Source of the DNA: Antedon mediterranea
Taxonomy: Eukaryota; Animalia; Echinodermata
NCBI RefSeq assembly: GCF_964355755.1
Contig: NC_092670.1
Location: forward strand, 10,836,795-10,900,794
DNA length: 64,000 bases
Direction: 5' to 3'
A program made the translations under genes and the position numbers. Each line of letters begins with the position of its first letter. The first letter of the stretch is position 1. Under the pieces are notes generated by a model. It was not told where the DNA came from. It saw only the letters and a list, made by a program, of their open reading frames with translations, and did no database searches. Shown piece after piece: positions 53,675 to 64,000 of the stretch.

Positions 53675-54945
53675 TGTAATTGGCTGAATCACGATTTAAA
53701 AGAATATGTGTGTTTTAATCATTGACAGTACCCAAATGACTACAATTTAATTGTTAAGTTCAAAGTATGGAACCTGCAAAGTAATATTTTCACCCGTATT
53801 TTCATTACAGTAAAGTGTTTGTACTGTTTTCTTAATTATCAGTACAATTAAATCAATTAGTGTATGTCCATGGCAAAAGTTGAAATGAACTATGGTGACC
53901 AATTAATACAGAAACAGGAAGTTCCTAAGTCCTGTGGGGCTATGTTTGTGTCCAGTTGTGACAGTTTTATCCTAAATTTCGTCAGTCTATCTTGAGATCT
54001 GATCGAGAAGCCTCAGAAAAAGGGTATGTTTTACTTTACTTTTGTATTAGATTTGGTTAATTTTATGCTTAGGATTTAGATTTTTTTTTGGCTAAGCTCT
54101 TAGACTGAATTGAATTTATATTTTGTAGACTAAGTTTTATTTCTGTTTAACTATTATTTGCTTGTTAACAAATAATTGACGTCACCGTCATGCACAATAA
54201 TGATTGATAGGCACACACCAGTTAAATTATATATTTACTGCCAAGAAAGGTGTAGTGTAGTGCAGGTTTATCAAGTATCAATTTATTTTGAGCCTTTGTA
54301 TTTTTTAGTTAAGACTTTTTATGTTGTTATTCTTAGTTTAAGTATAATTTTGAGACTTCATTGCTCAAATGTATATATTTTTAATCTATACATTTAAAGG
54401 CACTCTTTAATTAACTTGCATAGTGTAAAGAAGCTGAATCTATAACTTTTTGTTATAATGACCTACAAAATGAGTTTGTCAGTCCTATCAAATATGTTGA
54501 AGTATTGCAAAATATTAACTTGATTTATTTTAGGCTGTATGTGGTATATACGAACATGAAATAAGACTTCGTATGAGGCCAGTGCCAAGAGAGCCACTGA
54601 GCTGGTAAGACATTAAGATATAATTATTAATTACAAGTTATATAAGTGTAATGTGGTCGTTTTCTAAAGAGAATTGGAAATCCTTTATTTTCACGAATAA
54701 TTGTATTTTGATATTTAGGCCTATAGTTATGCATTGCTGCTCAAATTTAATTTAGTTTATTAAGTTTATTATATATCCTTAATTACATTTTTTGCATGGA
54801 GTTTATTACCTTGTATTATATATTTTCAGTTTTTTCGTTTTGCTGTATTTCTTGTTATTCAAATAAAATCATATGAACCCAACAGTGCTTTGCCGTTTCT
54901 TTTTGTGACATCCGACCATGCCCTGTAATATCCCGTATTACTACA
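53675..54945 (+). mobile_element. Probable solo LTR
   Basis: TGTAAT...ACTACA termini and AATAAA at ~54862. Flanks AAAC/AAAT give only an imperfect TSD. Confidence 0.4.
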
Positions 54946-55764
54946 AAATGTATTGTAGATGGAGAAGCATTCTATATACTTAAGTTTAGAGTTTACAATT
55001 TTTTATTTTCCTTTTCTATTTATACGTTTATTAATATGGATGATATTTCCGAAATAAAAAGAAATTGAATTGAATTGAATTGAATTAACATTAATTAATT
55101 TTCCATATGTTGTTTTCACATATCTACCACAGTATTATTTAATACACTGCACTCTCCTCACCTCTGCTGGCTTGATGACAACTTGAGCAAAAAAAACCAA
55201 CCACCTGACATGTTTTAACTTCAGATGTTGACTTGTCATTATCTAGTTAGGAATCAAAAATTAATATAGTACAATGTTGTATAATATGATCTAGAAATGG
55301 ATATACAGTATTATAGCATTATAAGATAAAGTTGTTCCTATTCATTCTTAAATCAATATTTGAGTGTCTACTGTATTTTGTTTTCATTAATTTTAAAAGC
55401 CAGCAAAACTTCTTTTATCTTGTTTAAAAATCTCAATTATTTCTGTTTTTACCTTTGAAATGTACTTACTTTAATTGTGTTAATTTGATTTTGATAATTT
55501 TAAGTTTAATTTTATATTTTCTTTTGTCCATTTATATACTGTATTTTGTTTATATTTATGTAGTTAAGAACTGAACCACTTTGGAAATCAGTACATTGTA
55601 TTGAAAGTGTATTTCAGAATAAAGAAAGATTAAATAAATTAATTAAAATACAAAATTGAAGAGTCAAGGAATATAGTGTGCACTGGAACCTTTGAAGCAT
55701 GCAGTCACAAATGAAAAAGAAAACAGAATCTTGTTAATATATTTAAATATACATACTGTTTACT

Positions 55765-56100
55765 GAGTACGGGCATACTGCTGCGTTGAGACACCGGTTC
55801 GAAGTTAAGCAACATTGGGCCCGGTTGCGTTCTGGATGGGAGACCGTCTAGAAATTGCTGCGGGTGCTGTATATACTGGAGAGTGATGGTGTAATGGTAA
55901 TATCGGACTAGCATGTGATAGGCATAGGTTTGAGGTTATCTGTACCATACTAATTGCATCCTTAGGCAAGATGCTTTACTCTCATTGCCTCATCCTTCGG
56001 TAGGCGCTGCACTGCTGGCTGCCGTGGGTCCGTGGAGGGCCTAATCCGAATTTCCTCAGTTTCCAGTTAAGCTTGAGGACAAACCTTTACCTTTACCTTT
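55765..56100 (+). mobile_element. Composite SINE: 5S rRNA head + tRNA-like segment + CORE-like body + (ACCTTT)n tail
   Basis: 55765-55871 matches 5S (CGAAGTTAAGCAAC...GGGCCCGGTT...TGGATGGGAGACCG...CGGGTGCTGTA). A-box TGGTGTAATGG at ~55887. CCTTAGGCAAGATGCTTTACTCTCATTGCCTCA resembles the MIR CORE. TACTGTTT flanks both sides. Confidence 0.75.
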
Positions 56101-57207
56101 TACTGTTTCTTCATTCTTGTTTTGTTTGTGTATTTAATATTTAAAATTATAGACGTTTATTGTGTTACTGTTTAATATTTTTTAATGTCCCCTAGTCACT
56201 TATTTTCTATCATATTTTTGTACATTTATGCATTTCATTGTCGTCTGGGGAATTGTCTTCTTTTGTAAAGCTTCAAAAGCATCTTAGTAACAGTTCCGAC
56301 TGGAGAACAACGACTTAGTTAAATATTCTTGTAGTCTTCTGTTGTTCAATTTTTGTAATATTTTGATTTGTGGTGAAAAGAATGTTTACGGTAATCTTAA
56401 CAATGTCTGTTTTCTGGTGGTGTAATTATAAAGAAGTAAATAATGATTGAAAATAAATTACATAAAATAAATAATTAAATATCCAAATAAATAACATTAA
56501 ATGTTAACATCAAAATGGTGGCTCAAGTTTATGCTTTGCAGGAGCGACGGGCATAAGGTAGAAACATGAGCAAGAATACTGTACTTACCACCCGTTAGAT
56601 AATCATTTTTGAAATGGTGCATGTGAGGGCACATGCTGCTGACCACCTGCTGTCTTGACCTCTAAGTGACCTGATTGTGACGTAGGAAAATTGTTTGAGA
56701 ATCAGTAAACACAGCATTCGGTATTTGCAAAGAAATTGGTCTAAAAACACATTTTTTTAGAAATAAAAGGTGCCCCAGCTCGAACAGCGCTATTATCGGA
56801 CTTGCAGTTGAGGAGGAGATACCGGAACAAACTTTGGCTTAGTGCTATTATAATATGATGATCAACTAACAAAACATCTTAAACAGCCCTTTTGCTCGAG
56901 ATTACATATCCAACCTTTCCAGAACTTGGAACCATCCCTCACCCTCAATTTCACTTAAAACCTAAAACCCACTCCAAAAATCATTTCATTGCCCCTGTAT
57001 TGAACTAATAGTATATTTTTGAATATCTTTAAAAAAAAAGTGACCAATAATCAAATCTGATGTAATAATAAAACAATTAAAGCGTTAAATTTGACTGTTA
57101 TAAGACAAAGTTTAATGTACCCTACCTAGTGAGTTTACTGGTAAAATTATTAAATAAAGAAGTTAAATTTAATTTTGTTCTTTTAGGCCTGAAGCTGTTC
57201 ATTGTGG

Positions 57208-57605
57208 GTGTCTTCCATTGTGTCCTAACCAGCTGGTCAAATCTTATGAGTTCAGAGTTCTCAACTTGCTATAGGCCTAATTGATTTCAGTAGTTTGGAT
57301 AAAAAAATTCTGTAGTAATTACACAATTTCAATAGTTGTCTACATGTTTCAGAGCATGTACAAAATGAGATTCAGAAAGACTATCACACTGTGATTGTGT
57401 TTTGATTGTGTCTTCCATTGTGTCCTAACCAGCTGGTCAAATCTTATGAGTTCAGAGTTCTCAACTTGCTATAGGCCTAATTGATTTCAGTAGTTTGGAT
57501 ACAAAAATTCTGTAGTAATTACACAATTTCAATAGTTGTCTACATGTTTCAGAGCATGTACAAAATGAGATTCAGAAAGAATATCACACTGTGATTGTGT
57601 TTTGA
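57208..57605. repeat. 200-bp tandem duplication
   Basis: tcttccattgtgtcctaacc at 57211 and 57411, near-identical units. Confidence 0.9.
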
Positions 57606-57805
57606 CAAATTGTAATCTAGAAATGGAAATGAAAATCCAGAACAAGGGCTTTTCGTGGATCGATTGTGGGTCGATGATTTGTCCATCATAAATTTGTGTT
57701 TTATTAGGGGTTCTCATAATTGGAAGCCAAATCATAAATTAATATCTCCATTTCCATATATTAGATGGCAGCACTTAAATAAGTAATTCAATATTCAAAT
57801 ATTAA

Positions 57806-58270
57806 AGATGTACTGTATTGTCCCTTTGATTAATTCAAAAAAACTTTTGAAGTATCATAATAGTTATAAACTTTCACCCAAAATTTTACTAAATTTAACT
57901 AAAATACAGACGTTTTTTTGTTAAAAAAGTAACTTTGACTTCCAGTCAAAGTTTTCGATCAAAACATATCTCATAATGCAACACGCTTTTTTGGCTACTC
58001 TGTATGCATAATCATAAAACTTCCTCGCGATCTGTGCGAAACACATTCTCAACCGTGACGAGTTGTAAACAATCCTAATTAGCAGCATACTCGTGGTTTA
58101 AAATCTTTGTTTATTTTCTTGCTATAATTTTCCAGATGAAATGTAATCAAATTAATTTACCTGTTAATTACGTAAACTTGTTGTTTTTGGCTCAAATTTT
58201 TGACCTAAAGTGAATAACTTTAAGGTTTGAGACGTTTCTAGTATAAATTATATTTAGACATACATCACTT
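57806..58270. mobile_element. Degenerate Kolobok MITE
   Basis: TTAA|AGATGTA(CTGTA)TTGTCCC left TIR, subterminal AAAGTGAATAACTTT, and decayed right TIR GACATACATC. Confidence 0.5.
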
Positions 58271-58799
58271 CCAACCCATAACACCTCAGTGACAGTTTTT
58301 TAAAAATATAGTTTAAAACATTTCCAGTAGAGTTTCAGCCATGTTGATAGGCCTATGACCCACCCCAAACTTAAAATTCAATTCAAATTGAGAGCCTACT
58401 ACCATTAGCCCAAGCAAAAATCCCCACTATTCCCTTTACCGCAACTCCCCCCTACCCTCCTGACTTTGTGAATTTGTTTAATGTAGTTTAAAACCTTCAC
58501 AGTACAATTGCAGTCATTTTGATACCCATATGTATGGTTACGTGCAGAAATTTGTATAATGAACAGAAAAACACAAAAAGTGGAAAAAAGGTTGGGAATT
58601 TTGACCCATAACTTGTATTCCAGATGGCGGATGATGCTCAAATACAGTTTACAACCTTCCGGTACCATTACGGTCATTTTGATACCCCATATGTGTGCAG
58701 TGTAACAAAAATGTGTATAACTAACATACAAACATCAAAGTATCAAGCAGATTAATAAGTTAAATTCATACAAAAAGAATTGATCAAAGTTTTGTTTTT

Positions 58800-59493
58800 T
58801 TCTGAAAGTGATTTTTGACGCTAATACATTCAAAGTTGAATTTTGTAGTTGTTTATTTGCTCTTTAAAGTTTAATACTTTCACTTTACCTTGGAAAATAC
58901 ATTGGCATTCATCTTGTGTTTCTTTATGTCACTAATTTCCTTGATCAAAACCAATTGAATATATATATATAATATACATTCATTGTAAGTTTTTATTTAA
59001 TTTTTAATCATTTCAAAACTAGATTCAATTTAAAAACTTCAGCAAATATCCATTGAAAATACTCCTAAATTAGATTAAAAATTACTAATTATTATTAATT
59101 AAAATATAGGAAATACTGATTTAAGATTAGATATCAATTTGATTTTATTAATTAAAAACAATAATAATAATGTTACTATTGTATTAGCATAGTTTTAAAT
59201 AATACAATTAATATTGTTTTTACAGAATGACTTATGATTATTTGGTATAATATTTAAAAATGATTAATAATAAAACATTAATTGTTACTAATATTATATA
59301 ATTTAAAATACAAAATGAAAAATTCCGTTTAATAAATTTTAAACAAATAACAGTTGATATGGCAATATATTTGATTAATATGTTATAACATTTGGATTCA
59401 TAATAAAATAATTATTCAATGATAAAGCAAAATGATAATTTAAAAGAAACAAAGAAGAATCTAAATTATTAAATAATTACAGATTCTGATTTG
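58800..59493. repeat. Paralogous 3' flank of FReD genes (segmental duplication of ~34305-35057)
   Basis: Colinear AT-rich sequence ending ttacagattctgatttg in both loci. Confidence 0.85.
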
Positions 59494-59876
59494 TTATGGT
59501 GGTCTTATAACCATCATCACTGTTGTCTTAAAAGATCAAAATAGCGATCCCAGTTGATGCCATTGTAATGAGCTGTACCTGGTGTCAGACAAAGCCCATT
59601 CAGGTCTGAATCATGAACATTCTTTTATGGGGCTCTTTTAACCATCATCACTGTTGTCTTAAAAGATCAAAATAGCGATCCCAGTTGATGCCATTGAGCT
59701 GTACCTGGTGTAAGATAAAGCCCATTCAGGTCTGAATCATGAACATTCTCTTATGGGGCTCTTTTAACCATCATCACTGTTGTCTTAAAAGATCAAAATA
59801 GCGATCCCAGTTGATGCCATAGAGCTGTACCTGGTGTAAGATAAAGCCCATTCAGGTCTGAATCATGAACATTCTT
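59494..59876 (-). repeat. Three tandem 126-131-bp copies of a diverged FBG C-terminal coding tail
   Basis: Units start at 59494, 59625 and 59751. Each reads HDSDLNGL(Y/C)LTPGTA...GINW...KTTVMMV... Confidence 0.9.
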
Positions 59877-60142
59877 TTATGGGGCTCTTTTAACCATCAT
59901 CACTGTCTTCTTGAGACTGTAGTACCTACTATGGAAATTCCACCAGCTGGTGCCTGTCAAACCCTCTGTACCTGGTGTAAGGTAAAGCCCATTCAGGTTT
60001 GAATGATGACAACTATTGTACCACCAAACACCTTTGTTATACTCAGCACAGTTAGTACCGATCCCGCTACCGCTTCTCTTATCATTGTCTCTATCAGACG
60101 TTGAAAATTGTTGACCATTGTGGCGTGATGTCAAAGGATCAC
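59877..60142 (-). CDS. Last exon of a second FReD paralog (FBG C-terminus)
   Basis: tttag|GT GAT acceptor. GDPLTSRHNGQQFSTSDRDND...NCAEYNKGVWWYNSCHHSNLNGLY...SLKKTVMMVKRAP*. The gene may be disrupted upstream. Confidence 0.88.
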
Positions 60143-61167
60143 CTAAACAAACTTCATACATCTTTAAATTAAAATTCATTTTTAAATATTTGTTTTTCTT
60201 TCTATTACAAATAAAATAAAAGATATTTGATATAAAAGGGAAAATAAAACACAAATTTATAAACTATTCTTATATATCATATATTCTTTATTTTATTTAT
60301 TTTTTGTCAGAGTTATTATACTTTAAAAGCAATGCATTTTAATATTGAAAAAAGCCAAAGTTATATGATAAGTAAAAAGTGCGATTAATAAAGTACTACT
60401 CCTCCCTTATTCGTTGTAGTATTGAGCTGGAATTTGGCATGAATATACAAAGCCATAGAGCCGGATTTTGAATATCATTGGCTCCTTGTTTAGGGACCAC
60501 TGACTATAAATCCTATTGAATTAGAACAGGTTATGAATGCGTTGAACGTTGCAACATTTAGTAAGGAATTTAATCGTTATTTTTATCCATATGTATTTTT
60601 TAAATAACAAAAAATATAATATAATGTACCACACAGTGATATATTTTCGACTAGTTAGCCGTTATTGAAGAGATAATAAATAGTGAGTTTTGACAAAAAG
60701 TTTTGCCGCGTTGATCGGTGGGCTAGGCCAGGCCGAGCTAATCGTTGTCGCTACTTTATTGTTGATTTTCTCAAAATGAAGATTTCCTAAGCTATAAATA
60801 GTGACTCGTATGTTTTCATTAGTTTTTTTTTTTTTTTTACTATTTATACAAATTTATATACTGTATTATTTTTATCAATTATTGCAAAATCTTACTTTTC
60901 AGCCTTTTGGCTGCCGTTGTATTATTGATTTCTTTTTTATGGATAAATATACATGAAGTGATTTAATAAACCAATTTTAATAAACAACGCCTCATTTTAA
61001 AGCTTATTAAACATAGTTTACAAATATAGCCTATAAATATCTTAAAATTTGTTTACACTACGCCGATTTTGTGATGCCATGCCTCAATTCTGTAGTTACT
61101 GGTAGTAATTATATTTTGTTCACTCTACGAACCTGTTTGTGCAATTATTTAGAATGCTTGTTTGGAT

Positions 61168-61472
61168 ATTAATCATACACATACTGTTGCATTGACTGCC
61201 TCATAAATGCCTACTACATTAATCATACACATACTGTTGCATTGACTACCTCATAAATGCCTACTACATTAATCATACACATACTGTTGCATTGACTGCC
61301 TCATAAATGCCTACTACATTAATCATACACATACTGTTGCATTGACTGCATCATAAATGTCTTCTACATTAATCATACACATACTGTTGCATTGACTGCC
61401 TCATAAATGCCTACTACATTAATCATACACATACTGTTGCATTGACTGCCTCATAATTGCCTACTACATTAA
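61168..61472. repeat. 50-bp minisatellite, 6 copies
   Basis: aatcatacacatactgttgcattgactgcctcataaatgcctactacatt at 61171, 61221, 61271, 61321, 61371 and 61421. Confidence 0.95.
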
Positions 61473-62314
61473 AACAAACTAAAATCAGTAAATGTAGTAA
61501 CTGCAGTAAATGCAGTTTAATAATTTTAACATGATCTATTGTTGTACTGTGTGTGCATTTGCACATTTAAATATAGTTAGATTCGTTTCAGGCCTGTAAG
61601 AAGGAATTGCGAAGTGGGAGGTCCATACCAAAAATGTACTTCATAGACAGTTTACAGAGTACTTTGCATTCAAGGTGATCACCTTTGGGCTTTACATTAT
61701 ATTTGAGACGCGACATCAATTGATAATCAAAAAGTATCAAATGATTATTATTTGTTGTTTAAACTTTTAAATATTGTGGTCTAATTATGACATAACTAGT
61801 GAAATTATGGGGCTATTTCACAAAGGCATAGAATTATTTTTTCATGAGGTTCACGTCAATATCATTATTAGAATTGTTTTGTTCTACTTTTCAGATGTTT
61901 TTAGAAGCTTTTCTTTTAATGTTTGTCTAATTTCTTTAAGCTAAATTTGATGGAAAGACAGCCTCAAATTATGCTAGAACGCTGCTGTGTCTTGTGACTT
62001 TAGCCCTGACTTTAGACCCTGACGCCACCGCTGCTTAGGTACAGTACATGTCTCAAGTTCTTTCCCAGCAGTCAATTTCCTTATCATTTAGCTGTGTTTA
62101 ATCAGTCATAATTCTAACATTATTTTTATTATCTTTTAAATGTGATAATTGCAATATAAACCCTATATGTGTCCATAGATTATTTTTACTGCAAAGTACT
62201 AAGTGTGTATAAGGCCTTAAAAAAAGTACTAAGGGACTATGAGGCCTTAAAAAAGGTTAATTCTTTGTATACTTAATGTGTTTTTAAATGTAAATATAGA
62301 TTGAATATACTAAC

Positions 62315-62327
62315 CTGCAGTTCCATT
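62315..62327 (-). pseudogene. Stub of the penultimate FReD exon of paralog 2 (NGTAG + donor)
   Basis: AAT GGA ACT GCA G|gttagtatat, followed by an intron homologous to 48720-48996. Sequence upstream of 62327 is not FBG-like. Confidence 0.7.
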
Positions 62328-62450
62328 GGCAGGCTGAAGGCGCTTGACCTTTGACAAGATCGGCTAAATTTTTAATATATTAACTTTACAATACTTAGTG
62401 TTGTATATTCTGGTACAGCCGCTCCATAATCTCTTTGCTTTTCTTCCTTA

Positions 62451-63420
62451 AGGCCGGTGCACACCAAACGCGAAGCCGCGAATTTCGCGTTAAAAAGTGA
62501 CGCACGCGGCAGGCGACGGACGCTTCCAGTGTGAACATACAAGCGAACAGTGTACGATAGTCGAATTTCAACTTCAACGCGTTGAAAACGACAGCAGCGA
62601 AGGCTTCGCACGCGAATTTTCAAAAGTTGAACCTTGGTCAACTTTTTGAGGCGTCGCGAGCGCGGTTTGCGTTCGTCAACCAATCAGAAGTCAGGAATAT
62701 CTCTCATCGACGACACCGACGGCAAAAAAATGGTGGCTGACGAGCGAGGTCTTTATGGAAATACTTACCCTTCTTGTCTTTACGATAAGGGAAGTAAGTC
62801 ATACACAGACAGAAACATAAGGATTAATGCATGAAGACAATAATTTCAGACAAACATCTGTGTAGAAGAATGCCAGAAAAACTAGGCCTAAAACGCGTCA
62901 GAGATCAATTTGTAAAGTGAGTTGGCAAGCCTATTTCTAGCCTAGGCCTACCTAAGTTTAGGCAATACTAGGGCCTAGCTAGGCCTACCTAGCCTAGGCT
63001 ACATATACCCTAGTAGGCTAGGCCATGCCAAGTAGTACTTATAGGCCTACATAATACTTACTAATCCCTACTAGTCTACTATGAGCTAGGACTAGCCTAC
63101 TTATTATTATTAATTAATATTTATAGGCCTAATATTTAGTTGATTTAGTGTTGTAAAGGCTAGGATAGGCCTAGTAGTAGTAATATTAATACATAAATAC
63201 TGTTGTTTTTTTTTTTTAGGTCAATTAGATGAACATTGATAAATGGGATCCTTCAGGCTATTACCAGCGTTACAAACTCCACCAATGACCAAGCTAGTAG
63301 TTTAAGCGGCCAGTATATTATTGCCATGGAATTAAGAGCAATTGCTCCTCAAAAACGTGGACTGGCAATTATGAGGCTGATACAGGTTTGTATAGACTTT
63401 TTTCAAATGGGTATGTCAGT
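62451..63420 (+). mobile_element. PIF/Harbinger-like element with degenerate MADF(-BESS-like) gene
   Basis: TTA|AGGCCGGTGCACACC terminus. YPSCLYDKGSKSYTDRNIRINA*..I...VEEC...RDQFV MADF pattern (62765-62915). Downstream exon-like segment at 63220-63400. No right TIR seen. Confidence 0.6.
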
Positions 63421-63639
63421 TGGTGACATACATTGGCCAGAAAAAAATGATTTGAGCAATATGCCTTACTATAGCAATTTTTTAATACTTGTTTCATTTT
63501 TTTAAAATAGAAAATGGAAGAGATTAAGGAGGAGTTGGACTGTAACTAGTATTTATTAAGTGGTTATAGAAGGAAAGCTGAACTGAATGTCTTTTTTTAG
63601 CAATAGAGAACACATGGAAATATATGTATATGTTTTGTT

Positions 63640-63832
63640 ATACTCCAATACTAAAAAAATAGTCAAATTGGCTGCCAGCTAATGGAATTTTTTTCATTTT
63701 ATAAGTGAAAACATAAGTTTTGTTGAGTTTTTTTCTATGTAAGTGATTAACTTTGTTAAAACTACAAAATGGCCTATTCAAATTTGATTTTAATCATCTT
63801 CATTTTTCATGATTCTATGGGACAATACATCT
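63640..63832 (-). mobile_element. Kolobok terminal fragment
   Basis: GGGACAATACATCT|TTAA plus subterminal sequence matching the reverse complement of 7767-7900. Confidence 0.65.
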
Positions 63833-64000
63833 TTAAGTTTAGTGTCATTTTTTGGACAAGATATATTGTCTTCCTGAAAATATAATTTAAAACATTTTCG
63901 TTGTGTGTGTAATACAGTATACAGTAACACTTTAGGGTTAGTTATTCACTTTTAACAATAATAATATTTCTTCAATTTTCATTTTTTTTTTTGGGATGAT

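Noticed and set aside
55765-55871. Functional 5S rRNA gene
   Set aside because: Internal deletion, no T-run terminator, and fusion to a SINE body with tail and TSD.
59494-60142. Diversity-generating retroelement (template/variable repeat)
   Set aside because: Differences between units and exon are not adenine-specific and include indels. All nearby RTs are ordinary LINE enzymes.
61168-61472. CRISPR-like array
   Set aside because: Contiguous 50-bp units with no unique spacers, no cas genes, and a eukaryotic context.
57806-63832. One 6-kb Kolobok capturing the FReD last exon
   Set aside because: The left TIR has its own subterminal motif and decayed right end near 58270. The FReD flanks are colinear with the other paralog, which lacks these TIRs.

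Overview
AT-rich, repeat-dense eukaryotic DNA, probably from a marine invertebrate such as an echinoderm (inference). The only host genes are a minus-strand tandem cluster of fibrinogen-related (FReD/FBG) genes. One is a five-exon signal peptide + PAN/Apple + FBG gene (52360->35189, about 319 aa) whose 25-nt micro-exon has TG in place of its AG acceptor and whose last intron is 13.5 kb of nested transposons. A second paralog keeps its last exon (60142->59877), but its upstream exon is cut off next to a Harbinger-like element. A third paralog survives only as an intron relic (about 24870-25635). Both last exons are followed by diverged 126-131 bp copies of the FBG C-terminal coding tail (1 and 3 copies). 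The rest is mobile DNA: a Crack/CR1-type LINE, a full-length RTEX-like LINE, Rex1 and RTE fragments, an Academ (XPG-type) transposon, an Academ-like 2.8 kb foldback, a non-autonomous Helitron family (including a head-to-tail dimer), Helentron/HINE elements, Kolobok elements, a 5S+tRNA+CORE-like SINE, and micro-insertions that look like transposon excision footprints (TA->TACTGTA, TA->TAGGCCTA). All calls come from manual reading; no database searches were run.
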